From Candidatus Latescibacterota bacterium (lineage in GTDB: Bacteria; Latescibacterota; UBA2968; UBA8231), in the NCBI GenBank assembly GCA_965248265.1, contig CBDFJF010000002.1, positions 928,001-992,000 of the forward strand: a DNA stretch of 64,000 bases, given 5' to 3'. Within the stretch, counting starts at the first letter, position 1. The number at the start of each line of letters is the position of its first letter. Made by a program: the position numbers and the translations under genes. The notes beneath the pieces were generated by a model, which searched no databases, was not told the origin of the DNA, and worked only from the letters and a program-made list of their open reading frames with translations. Shown piece after piece: positions 9,171-18,396 of this stretch.

Positions 9171-9789
9171 CGGTGTCCATTTTTCCGGGGGAGTATCACT
9201 CCTATCGACCTGTGTCGATGGAACATATTCGGAGATACGTATTACCAACTCAAGGGGGATTCAAAGTCCATTGGCCGATACAACAGAGTGGACCCGAATT
9301 CCTTGATTTAACGCATGTCCGAAAGAGTGCTACCAGGCCGGTCCGAGCCCTCGAAACACGTCGTACTCTGCATACCTTGGAAATGGAATAGAGGAGCAGA
9401 TTTGCCTCGTACGCAATGGGGATACCGAACTACGCCGCCGTTGTTGGACCCGAGGAATTGCCTCGGATCAACGCTCGTCCGCAGCTTTAGATCCTAACCA
9501 AGACATCGTCCGCACTGTTCTGATGCTGTACAGTGGCCATTGTCATGACCTTTCAAGGTGCCAAGAAGTAAGCCAATTCTGGGCACCAACAAAGGCACAA
9601 GTCACACCCACAATAATGCTGTGTGCTTTGCCAGCGCCTGGGACGAAATGGACGTACGCTGGGTCGTCCACCATGGGGTTAATAATTCCTGTTGACATAG
9701 TCTCCACAAAGCTGTTAATAACACCACCACATAAGAGTTGCCCACGGACGAACCAGTCCGGTCTCGCTCTAAATGATATCGAGGGTGAT

Positions 9790-12669
9790 ATGTCGCTTAA
9801 GATTATTATGCTCATGGCTGTCAGCGGAATCGCAGTAATCGGTTCCGCTCACGCTAAGGAGGATGGTGCGTTGAACGGGCGCGTGACTGATCATACTGGC
9901 GAGCCGATTCACGGAGCTAACGTCGTCGTTCATGGCCCCTCACTGACCGCGCCGATGGGGACCTATAGCGTCGGTGATGGAGCTTTCGCAATCGGCGCGA
10001 TCCCCCCAGGCATTTACCAGGTTGAAGTCACGCATATCGGCTATCGGACGGCGCTACGACGAGAAGTGCTGATCGAAGCCGGAGGTTCTCGCGACATCGA
10101 TTTCACCCTCGTATCGACCGTCATCTATCTAGACCAGAATGTCGTCTCCGCCTCGCGAATCCAGCAGAAGGCGATCGATGCACCAGCTTCCGTGGCGGTT
10201 GTGGAGGCGCCGGAGATTCGGGACAATCCCGTCTTAACCGTTTCCGATCATGTCAAGGATCTCGCCGGTATCGACTTTGCGCAGACGGGACTGGCAACGA
10301 CCAATGTCGTCGCCAGAGGATTCAACAACGTTTTCTCGGGAACCCTGCTAATTCTAACTGACAACCGCATCGCGCGGGTGCCGTCTCTGAGGATCAACGC
10401 CAGCAACTTCATCCCAGTCACGAACGACGATATCGAAAGAATCGAAGTCGTCCTGGGACCGGGATCTGCGCTCTACGGACCAAACAGCGCCAACGGAGTC
10501 ATGCACGTGATCACACGCTCACCCTTCGTTTCCTCAGGGACCGATGTGAGCATCGGTTTCGGGGAGAGAAGTCTGCGCAAGGGTTCCATTCGGCACGCGG
10601 GTACATTAACACCCAATTTAGGTTACAAGGTATCGGCTCAGTCCTATGTTGGCACCGACTGGAAACTCACGGACCCTGTGGAGGAAGCCGCCCGTTCAAA
10701 GGAGGCAGCTAACGTCATTGATCCCGCGCAACGAAAACTGAAAGCGCGTGACTTTGGTCTTGGGCGGCAGAGCGTTGAAGCACGCGTTGACTACAGGCTG
10801 GCAAAGGAAGCGAACGCCACGCTGTCCTACGGCCACAACAAGGGAGATCACATCGAACTGACCGGGATAGGCGCCGCTCAGGTGCTCGATTGGACCTACA
10901 ATTACGTACAGGCGCGTTTCACCTACGACGATCTTTTCGCACAGTATTTCCACAACTGGAGCGACGCGGGAGATACATTTTTGCTGGCCAATGGTGATCA
11001 AATCGTTGACAAATCGAGCCTGGATGTGTTCCAGATCCGGCATTCCACTCGGCTAGGTGTTAGAGAGCGTCTGACCTACGGAGTCGACGCCTTGCTGACG
11101 AGGCCGGCTACTGATGGTACGATAAATGGGCAGAACGAAGATGACGATGGTATTAACGAGTTCGGTGTGTACGTCCAGAGCGAGACCGACCTGACAGAGC
11201 AGTTTGATCTGGTTTTGGCAATGCGGTTAGACGACCACAACCGGGTCGACGGTTCGGTGCTTTCACCACGGGCTGCGTTACTCTACAAACCCAGAGAAAG
11301 CCAGACACTGCGACTAACCTATAACCGTGCCTTCAGCACGCCTTCTACAAACAACCTTTTTCTGGACAGAGTAGCGCAGCGCGATCCTTACGGTATGGCG
11401 CAATTCGGGGTCGGTCCAATCAACGTCACCGCGCAGGGTACCTACCGTGAAGACAACGTGGGCATGACCTTCGTCCGCGACGACGAGACCGGACTGCCGA
11501 AGTTCCGGTCTCCGTTTCATGCGCTTGCCGGACTTTCGGCCGACGCTTACATCGACATGCACGATCCAAACTTCACCAACGTGATGTGGGGTGTGGGGCG
11601 CGGCGCGGTACTACAGCAGGCAGATCAATTCGTCGGTCTGCTCATGCTTCAGGGAATGGACGAGACAACCGCGCAAGGCACAATCGACCAGTTAACTCAG
11701 ATCCTACCTGCAGTTATTCCGGAGAGTCTCAACGACCTGAGGAACACCACACTCAAGCTCAACCTGGAGAAAGCCCAGGCCGGCGATCCAAACCCATTCG
11801 ACCCCGTGGCGCTTACAGACGTTGTGGATGTGAGATTGACTGAACCCACAATCACGAGGACGCTCGAGGTCGGTTACAAGGGTATCGCGAACGGAAACAT
11901 CGTTCTGTCCGTTGACATGTACCGCACGGAAACCGAGGACTTTTCAGGACTGTTGGCTGTCGAGACGCCGAATGTTTTTCTCGACCCAAGCAGCATCACG
12001 GAGAGCCTGGGACCCGTTGTCGAAGCGGCTGTTAACGACAATCCGGCCCTTGCAGACGGTCTACAGGCACTGGACGGTCTGAGCGCGCCCGGTCTCATCG
12101 GCGGTGAAGCGAACGACTCCGGAGCAGATGAATTGACATCCGCCTTCGCCCTTGGCGCAGCTCGAATCCCCTTCGGCACTGTTTCTCCGTTTCAGGCATA
12201 TGATCCGCACGCAGTGATTCTCACCTACCGAAATTTCGGGGATGTGACGGTCTACGGGATAGACCTCAGCGCCGGCTACTACCCGAACGATATTTGGAAC
12301 GTCACGGGGTCCTATTCATACGTGGATGACAATTTCTTCGCCAACCTCGGCGGAATCGCCGACGTTGCCCTGAACGCACCCAAGCACAAGTTCCGTATCG
12401 GTGGCCAGTATCGTATGCCTGCGCACAATCTGCGTCTGGGAGGGAGGATGAGACACAACGGCTCTTTTCAGATGAAGTCCGGCGTGTATGAAGGCAAGGT
12501 GCAGTCCTATTCTGTGTTCGACCTGAATGCAACCTATGATCTGCCGTACGGCGAGAACCTCTCTCTCATCCTCAACGTGGATAACGTCCTGAACAAGGAA
12601 TTTCGTGCCTTCGTGGGAGCTCCAGACGTGGGCCGGTTGGTCTACGCTGAGTTGGGGGTGTCTTTCTGA
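9790..12669 (+). CDS. TonB-dependent receptor with N-terminal carboxypeptidase-regulatory-like domain
   Basis: Signal peptide MSLKIIMLMAVSG...AHA; plug motif DIERIEVVLGPGSALYGPNSANGVMHVIT; C-terminal Phe (ELGVSF). Confidence 0.92.
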   Translation: MSLKIIMLMAVSGIAVIGSAHAKEDGALNGRVTDHTGEPIHGANVVVHGPSLTAPMGTYSVGDGAFAIGAIPPGIYQVEVTHIGYRTALRREVLIEAGGSRDIDFTLVSTVIYLDQNVVSASRIQQKAIDAPASVAVVEAPEIRDNPVLTVSDHVKDLAGIDFAQTGLATTNVVARGFNNVFSGTLLILTDNRIARVPSLRINASNFIPVTNDDIERIEVVLGPGSALYGPNSANGVMHVITRSPFVSSGTDVSIGFGERSLRKGSIRHAGTLTPNLGYKVSAQSYVGTDWKLTDPVEEAARSKEAANVIDPAQRKLKARDFGLGRQSVEARVDYRLAKEANATLSYGHNKGDHIELTGIGAAQVLDWTYNYVQARFTYDDLFAQYFHNWSDAGDTFLLANGDQIVDKSSLDVFQIRHSTRLGVRERLTYGVDALLTRPATDGTINGQNEDDDGINEFGVYVQSETDLTEQFDLVLAMRLDDHNRVDGSVLSPRAALLYKPRESQTLRLTYNRAFSTPSTNNLFLDRVAQRDPYGMAQFGVGPINVTAQGTYREDNVGMTFVRDDETGLPKFRSPFHALAGLSADAYIDMHDPNFTNVMWGVGRGAVLQQADQFVGLLMLQGMDETTAQGTIDQLTQILPAVIPESLNDLRNTTLKLNLEKAQAGDPNPFDPVALTDVVDVRLTEPTITRTLEVGYKGIANGNIVLSVDMYRTETEDFSGLLAVETPNVFLDPSSITESLGPVVEAAVNDNPALADGLQALDGLSAPGLIGGEANDSGADELTSAFALGAARIPFGTVSPFQAYDPHAVILTYRNFGDVTVYGIDLSAGYYPNDIWNVTGSYSYVDDNFFANLGGIADVALNAPKHKFRIGGQYRMPAHNLRLGGRMRHNGSFQMKSGVYEGKVQSYSVFDLNATYDLPYGENLSLILNVDNVLNKEFRAFVGAPDVGRLVYAELGVSF

Positions 12670-12716
12670 ACGGTATAAGGGTTCCTCGAGCCTCAATTGC
12701 ACCGGGAACGGTTGGA

Positions 12717-14681
12717 TTGGGACTGCTGGTCGTGCTGGTGATATTCGGTGAAAGCCATGCCGCTCCAGATCTCTTGGTGCTCAGCGATGATGAAGGGCGC
12801 TATCCGCTCGGTGTGGGTCTCGAGGTCCTGGACGATAGCGACGCGCCAGTTGGCATCGATCTCGTCTCGCACTCCTCTTTCGATACGCGGTTCACGGCAA
12901 GCCCTTCAAGCGATACTCGACTTGGCACCGGTCGCTCGGCCTGGGTGAGATTTGCCCTCGTCGACAGCAGCTCAGATAACCAACGTGACTGGCTGCTTGA
13001 GGTTGCACTAACCTATCACGAAACCATCGAATTGTATGTGCCAACTTCCGCTGGAGGTTGGCAGGTCTGGACCGCGGGTTGTCTGCTTCCTTTTACAGCC
13101 CGTGAGATTCCTCATCGTAACTACCTGTTCGACCTTCCGCTTCAACGTGGCACGGGCAGCGTAATCTATATGCGTTTCGCATACGAAGACAGAGGGGTGC
13201 TGGCGTTCCCGATTACAGTGTGGGACCGCGACGAGTTCGTGGACCACGACCGCTCGGCACTGATCGCCCTGGGAGCTTTTTATGGATTAATTCTAGTGAT
13301 GGCGGCATACCATTCCTTGATGTTCATCCCTCTACGTGACTCCTCATATCTGTACTATGTCGCCTTCCTGTTGGTGACCGCTTTGCTTTTTTCTTTCCAG
13401 AATGGTCTCGCTGCCGAGTACCTGTGGCCGAATTCCGCTTTCGGCTGGGGTCTTCCCGATCTCGTTCTGCTTGGACTACTGTACATTTCTGGTGCCAGGT
13501 TTGTGCAAAGCTTTCTCCTGACGGCTGATAATGCCCGCTTCTTCCACCGGCTACTGTGGGTAATGGTTTTGGCATGGGGGTTTGTCATCATCGTGGGACT
13601 CGCGGGGTATCCGGGAGCATTTCGCCCCCTAGCACGGCTGTCTATTGCCAGTCTCATCGTAATGCTACTCGCCGGCGGCATTTGCTGGCTGCGGGGATTC
13701 AGACCAGCGCGTTTCTTTCTCATCGGGTGGGCGGTCCCAGTCGCCGCAGGGTTGGTGATGAACCTTGTCGATATTCAGGTTTTCTCGGGAGGGTCTTCCA
13801 TGATTCATGTCACCCAGGCGGGAATTGCGTTTGGGGTGGTCATGTTCTCGTTGGGGTTAACGGACCGAATAACTCTTCTCCGCCTCGAGAAGGAAAGGCA
13901 TGCTTTACGGGAGCACGCGCTGGAGCATGAGTTGAACACAGCGCATGAGCTGCAGATGAGTCTGATGCCTACCGATCAGCTCCACACCGCCGGCATCGAT
14001 GTGTATGGCCGCTGTCAGCCAGCGACACACGTTGGCGGCGATCTTTTTTACTACTTCGTGGTCGAGAATTCTATTGGAGTATGCCTTGCAGACGTTACCG
14101 GTCACGCCATGGAGGCAGCTATACCTGTCGTTAAGTTCAGCGGCCTGCTCGAAGCCGAGTGCCAACGATATAACTCTCTTGAAGATACCTTCACGTCGTT
14201 GAATTCTACCCTCCATAAAACGCGAAAAGACCACAGTTTTGTTTGCTTCGAAATGGTCGAGGTGGATATTCCCTCAAGATCGTTTCGAGTGTGCAACGCA
14301 GGCTGTCCGTACGCATATCATTTCAGGGCGGCCGACAGTAAGGTGGTTGCCATTGAGCTCGACGCATACCCCCTTGGCATACGCGCAAGTACCGTCTACC
14401 CCACCACCATGTCGCAACTGAGTGCGGGCGACAGGATCATAATCTGCTCGGACGGGGTCAGCGAAACGCAAGGCGATGATGGTGAGCTGCTAGGCTACGA
14501 ACGTCTCCCAGAGCTTATTCTAAAGGCCTGCCTAAACCAGCAGCCCGCTGCTTCAGTCGTAGCCCAGATCCTGGATGAAACAGGAGAGTTTAGAGGCACG
14601 CAGGCACAGACGGACGACATTACCTGCGTTGTCTTAGGTGTGAGTGAAGGTGACTCGCTTGGCGACGGGGAAGAGCCGTGA
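12717..14681 (+). CDS. 7TM-DISM sensor fused to a PP2C/SpoIIE-type phosphatase
   Basis: Extracellular DISMED2-like region, about seven TM helices, then GGDLF, LADVTGH, NAGCP, SDGVSE, DDIT PP2C motifs. Confidence 0.88.
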   Translation: MGLLVVLVIFGESHAAPDLLVLSDDEGRYPLGVGLEVLDDSDAPVGIDLVSHSSFDTRFTASPSSDTRLGTGRSAWVRFALVDSSSDNQRDWLLEVALTYHETIELYVPTSAGGWQVWTAGCLLPFTAREIPHRNYLFDLPLQRGTGSVIYMRFAYEDRGVLAFPITVWDRDEFVDHDRSALIALGAFYGLILVMAAYHSLMFIPLRDSSYLYYVAFLLVTALLFSFQNGLAAEYLWPNSAFGWGLPDLVLLGLLYISGARFVQSFLLTADNARFFHRLLWVMVLAWGFVIIVGLAGYPGAFRPLARLSIASLIVMLLAGGICWLRGFRPARFFLIGWAVPVAAGLVMNLVDIQVFSGGSSMIHVTQAGIAFGVVMFSLGLTDRITLLRLEKERHALREHALEHELNTAHELQMSLMPTDQLHTAGIDVYGRCQPATHVGGDLFYYFVVENSIGVCLADVTGHAMEAAIPVVKFSGLLEAECQRYNSLEDTFTSLNSTLHKTRKDHSFVCFEMVEVDIPSRSFRVCNAGCPYAYHFRAADSKVVAIELDAYPLGIRASTVYPTTMSQLSAGDRIIICSDGVSETQGDDGELLGYERLPELILKACLNQQPAASVVAQILDETGEFRGTQAQTDDITCVVLGVSEGDSLGDGEEP

Positions 14682-14715
14682 AGAATGTCCTCAAGGCTGA
14701 GGACATGGACCATCG

Positions 14716-15060
14716 ATGAAAAATACGGAGTGGCACGTGGCCTGTTCCAGCAGCGGCGTGCTGACACCACAGGACGGCAACGATCCGCTGCACACCTTTC
14801 CCATCGTCGGCTTTATGCAGCACGAACTGGGCGGCGGCTGTATCGCTCACTCCCATCCGGGTCCCCAGTGCTTCTACGTGACCGAGGGTGAGGCGCTCTT
14901 CCAGGTGAGTGACGAGAGTCCTTCGTTGGCGAGGGGACGCTGATTGTTGTCCCCCCGGATGTCGCTCATCAGTACAAAAACGGTTGGCCAGAGCCGCATC
15001 GCCTGCATGATCATCGAAGCATCGCTGGAAGTTTCCACCAGGCGGCTCATACATGTTGCG
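14716..15060 (+). pseudogene. Cupin-domain protein, frameshifted
   Basis: Motif 1 AHSHPGPQCFYVTEGE in one frame; motif 2 TLIVVPPDVAHQYKN in another frame after ~14937. Confidence 0.6.
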
Positions 15061-15178
15061 CCTGATCGCGCCGATCGAGATTAGCAAGCCCAAGGCAATC
15101 TTGATAGGCCAGGACTGATTGTGCATTATTGCAACGTCACGACTCTACGATCGAATAATTCATGCGGAGATGTTACCG

Positions 15179-16297
15179 ATGCCACAAAGACATAACAGCA
15201 CGGACGACGTACCGGGAAAACTGGCAAGAATAGCCCGGACGGTCCGTGAAACTCAGTTCCTGGGAGCAAACAATGCCAATGTAATACCACATCCGCACTT
15301 CACCAAGAAGTGGAGTCATCAGTTCAATCACTTTCAAGGTGTACAGCGTCATGGAAATTACTTGCTGGTTTCGGGGGGGCACAAGCATGGGTCGCATGGA
15401 GGATCGCAATTGATCCTGGTCGAGATGGGGTCTCGAGCCAACCAGGCGTGGAGTGTTCCAAACTATTTCGATCGGAATGCAGCAAACAGTTACAAACGGC
15501 CGCACCCAGACGACAGAATCATGGCAATGGCCACCATCGACCATGCGAAGTGGCACGGCGGTGGATGTCAGATGATGGGAACCAGGATGGCGATTCCCAT
15601 CTACGGTGGCGGTAGCGGTTCTGAGGTGAGATTCTATGATTTCGGCGGCTTGTTCGCGGCGCTCGGAGGGGGACCGATGACGCATTCCGATATTCGGCAG
15701 TCCATAGAGAACGCTCCCTTCAGCAAGGTCGAAACGAAGCCGAAGGTCAAAGCCGTGGCGCTATCCTGTTTGCCGAACGGCACACCTGTGGCCGTTCTAT
15801 GGGATGACAAAGATCTGTTGTTCTACCACGAGTCGACCGCCGGAGTTTGGGAGCACAAAGGAACAGTGGACGCCAGCGACATCGCGGGCTTCGACCACCT
15901 AGACCCCTTGAGTGGGGTGTGGAAACGAGACTACCAGAATATCAATCTTTTCCTGGACACAACGCAGGGCGGCAGGCCAATGTTTTACCTGCTCTGCTTC
16001 CACAATACTTCACTCCTGAACGCGGGGAAGAACCGAGCGGACGTTTTTAAGTTTGCTCCCAACCTCGATCCGACTAGGCGCGTAGTGGATGCTGATCCCG
16101 CGCAGGATTCTCAGGGCATCAAACGCGTTCTGCGACTCGAAATGTCCAAAGCAGGCAAACAGGGGAAGCAGTACAACTTTTCTGCGGCAGCCGGTGCTTA
16201 CCTGGCCAGAGGCGGGAGTCTCTTCATTTATTCCACGCCACACTGGCTACGAAAGAAGGGGGCGCGGCTCAACTTCAACGAGTACGCCCCCAACTAA
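15179..16297 (+). CDS. Hypothetical protein, possibly a beta-propeller
   Basis: Long ORF (upstream starts at 15119/15170 are possible); HFQGVQR and HGGGCQMMG strand-like motifs; function not recognised. Confidence 0.7.
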   Translation: MPQRHNSTDDVPGKLARIARTVRETQFLGANNANVIPHPHFTKKWSHQFNHFQGVQRHGNYLLVSGGHKHGSHGGSQLILVEMGSRANQAWSVPNYFDRNAANSYKRPHPDDRIMAMATIDHAKWHGGGCQMMGTRMAIPIYGGGSGSEVRFYDFGGLFAALGGGPMTHSDIRQSIENAPFSKVETKPKVKAVALSCLPNGTPVAVLWDDKDLLFYHESTAGVWEHKGTVDASDIAGFDHLDPLSGVWKRDYQNINLFLDTTQGGRPMFYLLCFHNTSLLNAGKNRADVFKFAPNLDPTRRVVDADPAQDSQGIKRVLRLEMSKAGKQGKQYNFSAAAGAYLARGGSLFIYSTPHWLRKKGARLNFNEYAPN

Positions 16298-16320
16298 AGG
16301 AGATAGCGTTGGGACTATTT

Positions 16321-16356
16321 GATTTTCTGGATGATTTAGATTTTCTGGATGATTTT
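16321..16356. repeat. 18-bp tandem repeat GATTTTCTGGATGATTT(A/T) x2
   Basis: Read directly from the sequence. Confidence 0.85.
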
Positions 16357-16464
16357 GATGAGGTAAGGACCAATATACAGGGCGGCGAAGCGGGAAATCT
16401 GGAGCGGCCGGGATAGCACACGCCTGGAGAGGATTGCCCCAGAGAGGCGGCTCGTAGCAGAAGC

Positions 16465-16596
16465 GCATAGTGAGGATAAACGGCATTCTCGGGAGTCAGT
16501 CAAACGGTTTTTAGGCTTTTCGAGGCCCTCAACACCCTCGAAAAACCTCAAACGCGCTTGACTGACGCCCGATAACGCCCTTTGTAACCACTACAC
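16465..16596. repeat. 132-bp imperfect inverted repeat: two back-to-back copies of the IS91-like end; the right arm contains the empty IS110 target
   Basis: 16465-16525 is an imperfect reverse complement of 16536-16596; 16524-16581 matches 1820-1877. Confidence 0.8.
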
Positions 16597-16903
16597 ATTT
16601 TGCATGTTGGTGGCCGGTTTCGAATGTGGTACCAACTCGGCAACCTAGGTCGTAAGGAGTGCGGGGTTTGTCATGCGGTTAGCTCCGATGGTGTAAGGGG
16701 GCAGCAACAACATTCTCTTCTCTGTCGCCCGGACAGGCATGGAAAATCCCTGTGTAGTCTACGACCCTACGGTATGGTCCGGATGAGCGGTTCAAGATGA
16801 TCACCCGCAACAGGGAGGCGGTCCTGGCATACATGGGCATGTTTCGCCAGACGGCATGCTCTGGCGATTGGGTGACGCGGATCCGAACATCACTGCGCTT
16901 GGA

Positions 16904-16960
16904 AAAATAGTGGCCGCCCTCACCGAAGCCCGCTCGATCCAGCGCTACCTGGCTCGATGA
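16904..16960 (+). pseudogene. IS91-like transposase extreme C-terminal tail, fragment 4
   Basis: KIVAALTEARSIQRYLAR*, similar to the RIVAAL / VIAALTDPIEIRSY tails. Confidence 0.55.
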
Positions 16961-16992
16961 GAAAATCTTCTATGGCGATCGTACCCGTCCCA

Positions 16993-17985
16993 TCAATGGC
17001 GCAGCAGGTTGCGCGTAGAGACACTGGCTTTGACCACGAGGCTATTGGCGCGCTGAGCCGCAAAGTATGGGGTCAGTGCGCCACCGAACCCGCGTTTGAA
17101 AAGCGCAATTCCAGGCATGTTGGCCCCAACGAAGTCGAAGCTCGCACTGTCTGATTGCTCCAGGAACTTCCAGTAGAGCAGGGAGGTAGCCCCACTGTCG
17201 CGGATCGCTGGATCGGCCCCGGCCACCCAGGCGTGCATGCAATCGAAACCTTTGACGAACGTGACGATGGATGCGGGTTCGCCAGAGGCAGACTCCACCA
17301 GCTGCGTCTCGGTGAGTCCCTTCTTCTGGGCGGCTGCGGCAAAGCGCTCGACGACTTCTGGCGACACTGGCGCACGCTCAGGCTGGGCGGCATAGATCAA
17401 CTCGTATTGTCTACGCAGCAACCCCACATCCTCAACCTGTCGAAGCTGGCAACCTTCCCTCTCCGCTTTTCGTATTACGGTGCGGACCCGCCGCTCGACC
17501 CGGTTCCAGATGGCCTCGGGGTCACCCAAGTGTATGTGATAGGTATAGCGCGGCTGGACGTCCCATTTCGACCAGATGAGATCTCTCATATCGACAATGT
17601 CAGGGGCATGGGTGAGTTGGACCGAATCGTAGCGCTGGGTCAAAAACTCGGATAGGATCCTGGTCGCGGCGCTGTGTTCGGACTCGGTTCGGGCTGGGCT
17701 GTCACTGGCCACGGGGGCGTACAGAAAACCACCATGGGGACACAGGTCCGGGGTTGTGAAGAATCGGAAGGGACCGCGCTTGCGTTCGATACCAGTAACT
17801 CCGGCTACCAGATTACCTTTGTGGTAGCTGCCGAAGAGTCGCACGGGTCGGTCGATGGCCTCTTGGGCACACTCCAGCCAGGCGCTGGTAGAGAACACGG
17901 TCCCCCCGGTCGCCGTGCGGACAAACTCGTCCCACTGCCCGGTATCCGTGACCTCCACTACCTGCCGCGCCTCTTCCGCCATCAA
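16993..17985 (-). CDS. FemAB-like GNAT-family acyltransferase
   Basis: WDEFVR..GGTVFSTSAWL, RYTYHIHL, RTVIRKAE, GATSLLYW, FDFVGANMPGIALFKRGFGG. Confidence 0.8.
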   Translation of the reverse strand: MMAEEARQVVEVTDTGQWDEFVRTATGGTVFSTSAWLECAQEAIDRPVRLFGSYHKGNLVAGVTGIERKRGPFRFFTTPDLCPHGGFLYAPVASDSPARTESEHSAATRILSEFLTQRYDSVQLTHAPDIVDMRDLIWSKWDVQPRYTYHIHLGDPEAIWNRVERRVRTVIRKAEREGCQLRQVEDVGLLRRQYELIYAAQPERAPVSPEVVERFAAAAQKKGLTETQLVESASGEPASIVTFVKGFDCMHAWVAGADPAIRDSGATSLLYWKFLEQSDSASFDFVGANMPGIALFKRGFGGALTPYFAAQRANSLVVKASVSTRNLLRH

Positions 17986-18043
17986 CGCCTACTCGAGTAA
18001 ACTACCTGCAAATTCATGCCGATGAACCCAATAGTGTTGTGTC

Positions 18044-18072
18044 TTGACACTGAAAAAACCGCGATCTATATT
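18044..18072 (+). promoter_or_regulatory. Sigma70-like promoter upstream of the ilvC-leu operon
   Basis: TTGACA-17 nt-TATATT. Confidence 0.6.
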
Positions 18073-18213
18073 AGCTAGACTTACGCAATGCGTAACTTGT
18101 TGGCACCGTTCGATTTGCCGCCGAAATCTGTTACTGAAATGAGCCCAGCGAATTCGACATCCTTCCGGACTTCGTCCTGCCTCAATCCCCTGGTACGCAC
18201 CGAGGGCGAGGTA

Positions 18214-18276
18214 TTGCTGCGCGCTCGTTCCTACCTCCCGCTGGTCAGCCTCCTTCTTATTCAGTTGATCCAGTAG
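18214..18276 (+). CDS. Putative branched-chain amino-acid leader peptide (attenuator)
   Basis: GAGGT, then TTG-started MLRARSYLPLVSLLLIQLIQ*; 9 of the last 13 codons are Leu/Ile/Val; hairpin AGGCTCCG/CGGAGCCT overlaps the stop. Confidence 0.55.
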   Translation: MLRARSYLPLVSLLLIQLIQ

Positions 18277-18396
18277 GCTCCGCTTTTTTTCTCACTAACA
18301 GGAAAATCGGACGGAGCCTCTGAAGAAATTCAAAGGCCATCACGCCGTTATGTCTAATCACCACCTTATGTCCAATTAGCCAGGAGAATCAAGAGG

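Larger units (their letters stand above)
7951..9198 (+). mobile_element. IS3-family insertion sequence
   Basis: 27-bp imperfect terminal IRs TGATACTTCCCCAAGAGAGTGGACACC (7951-7977) and GGTGTCCATTTTTCCGGGGGAGTATCA (9172-9198); TG...CA ends; orfA/orfB; no clear target duplication. Confidence 0.92.

Noticed and set aside
16465-16596. Integron attC site
   Set aside because: No RYYYAAC/GTTRRRY core pair at the hairpin ends and no integron integrase in the window; it matches the IS91-like end instead.
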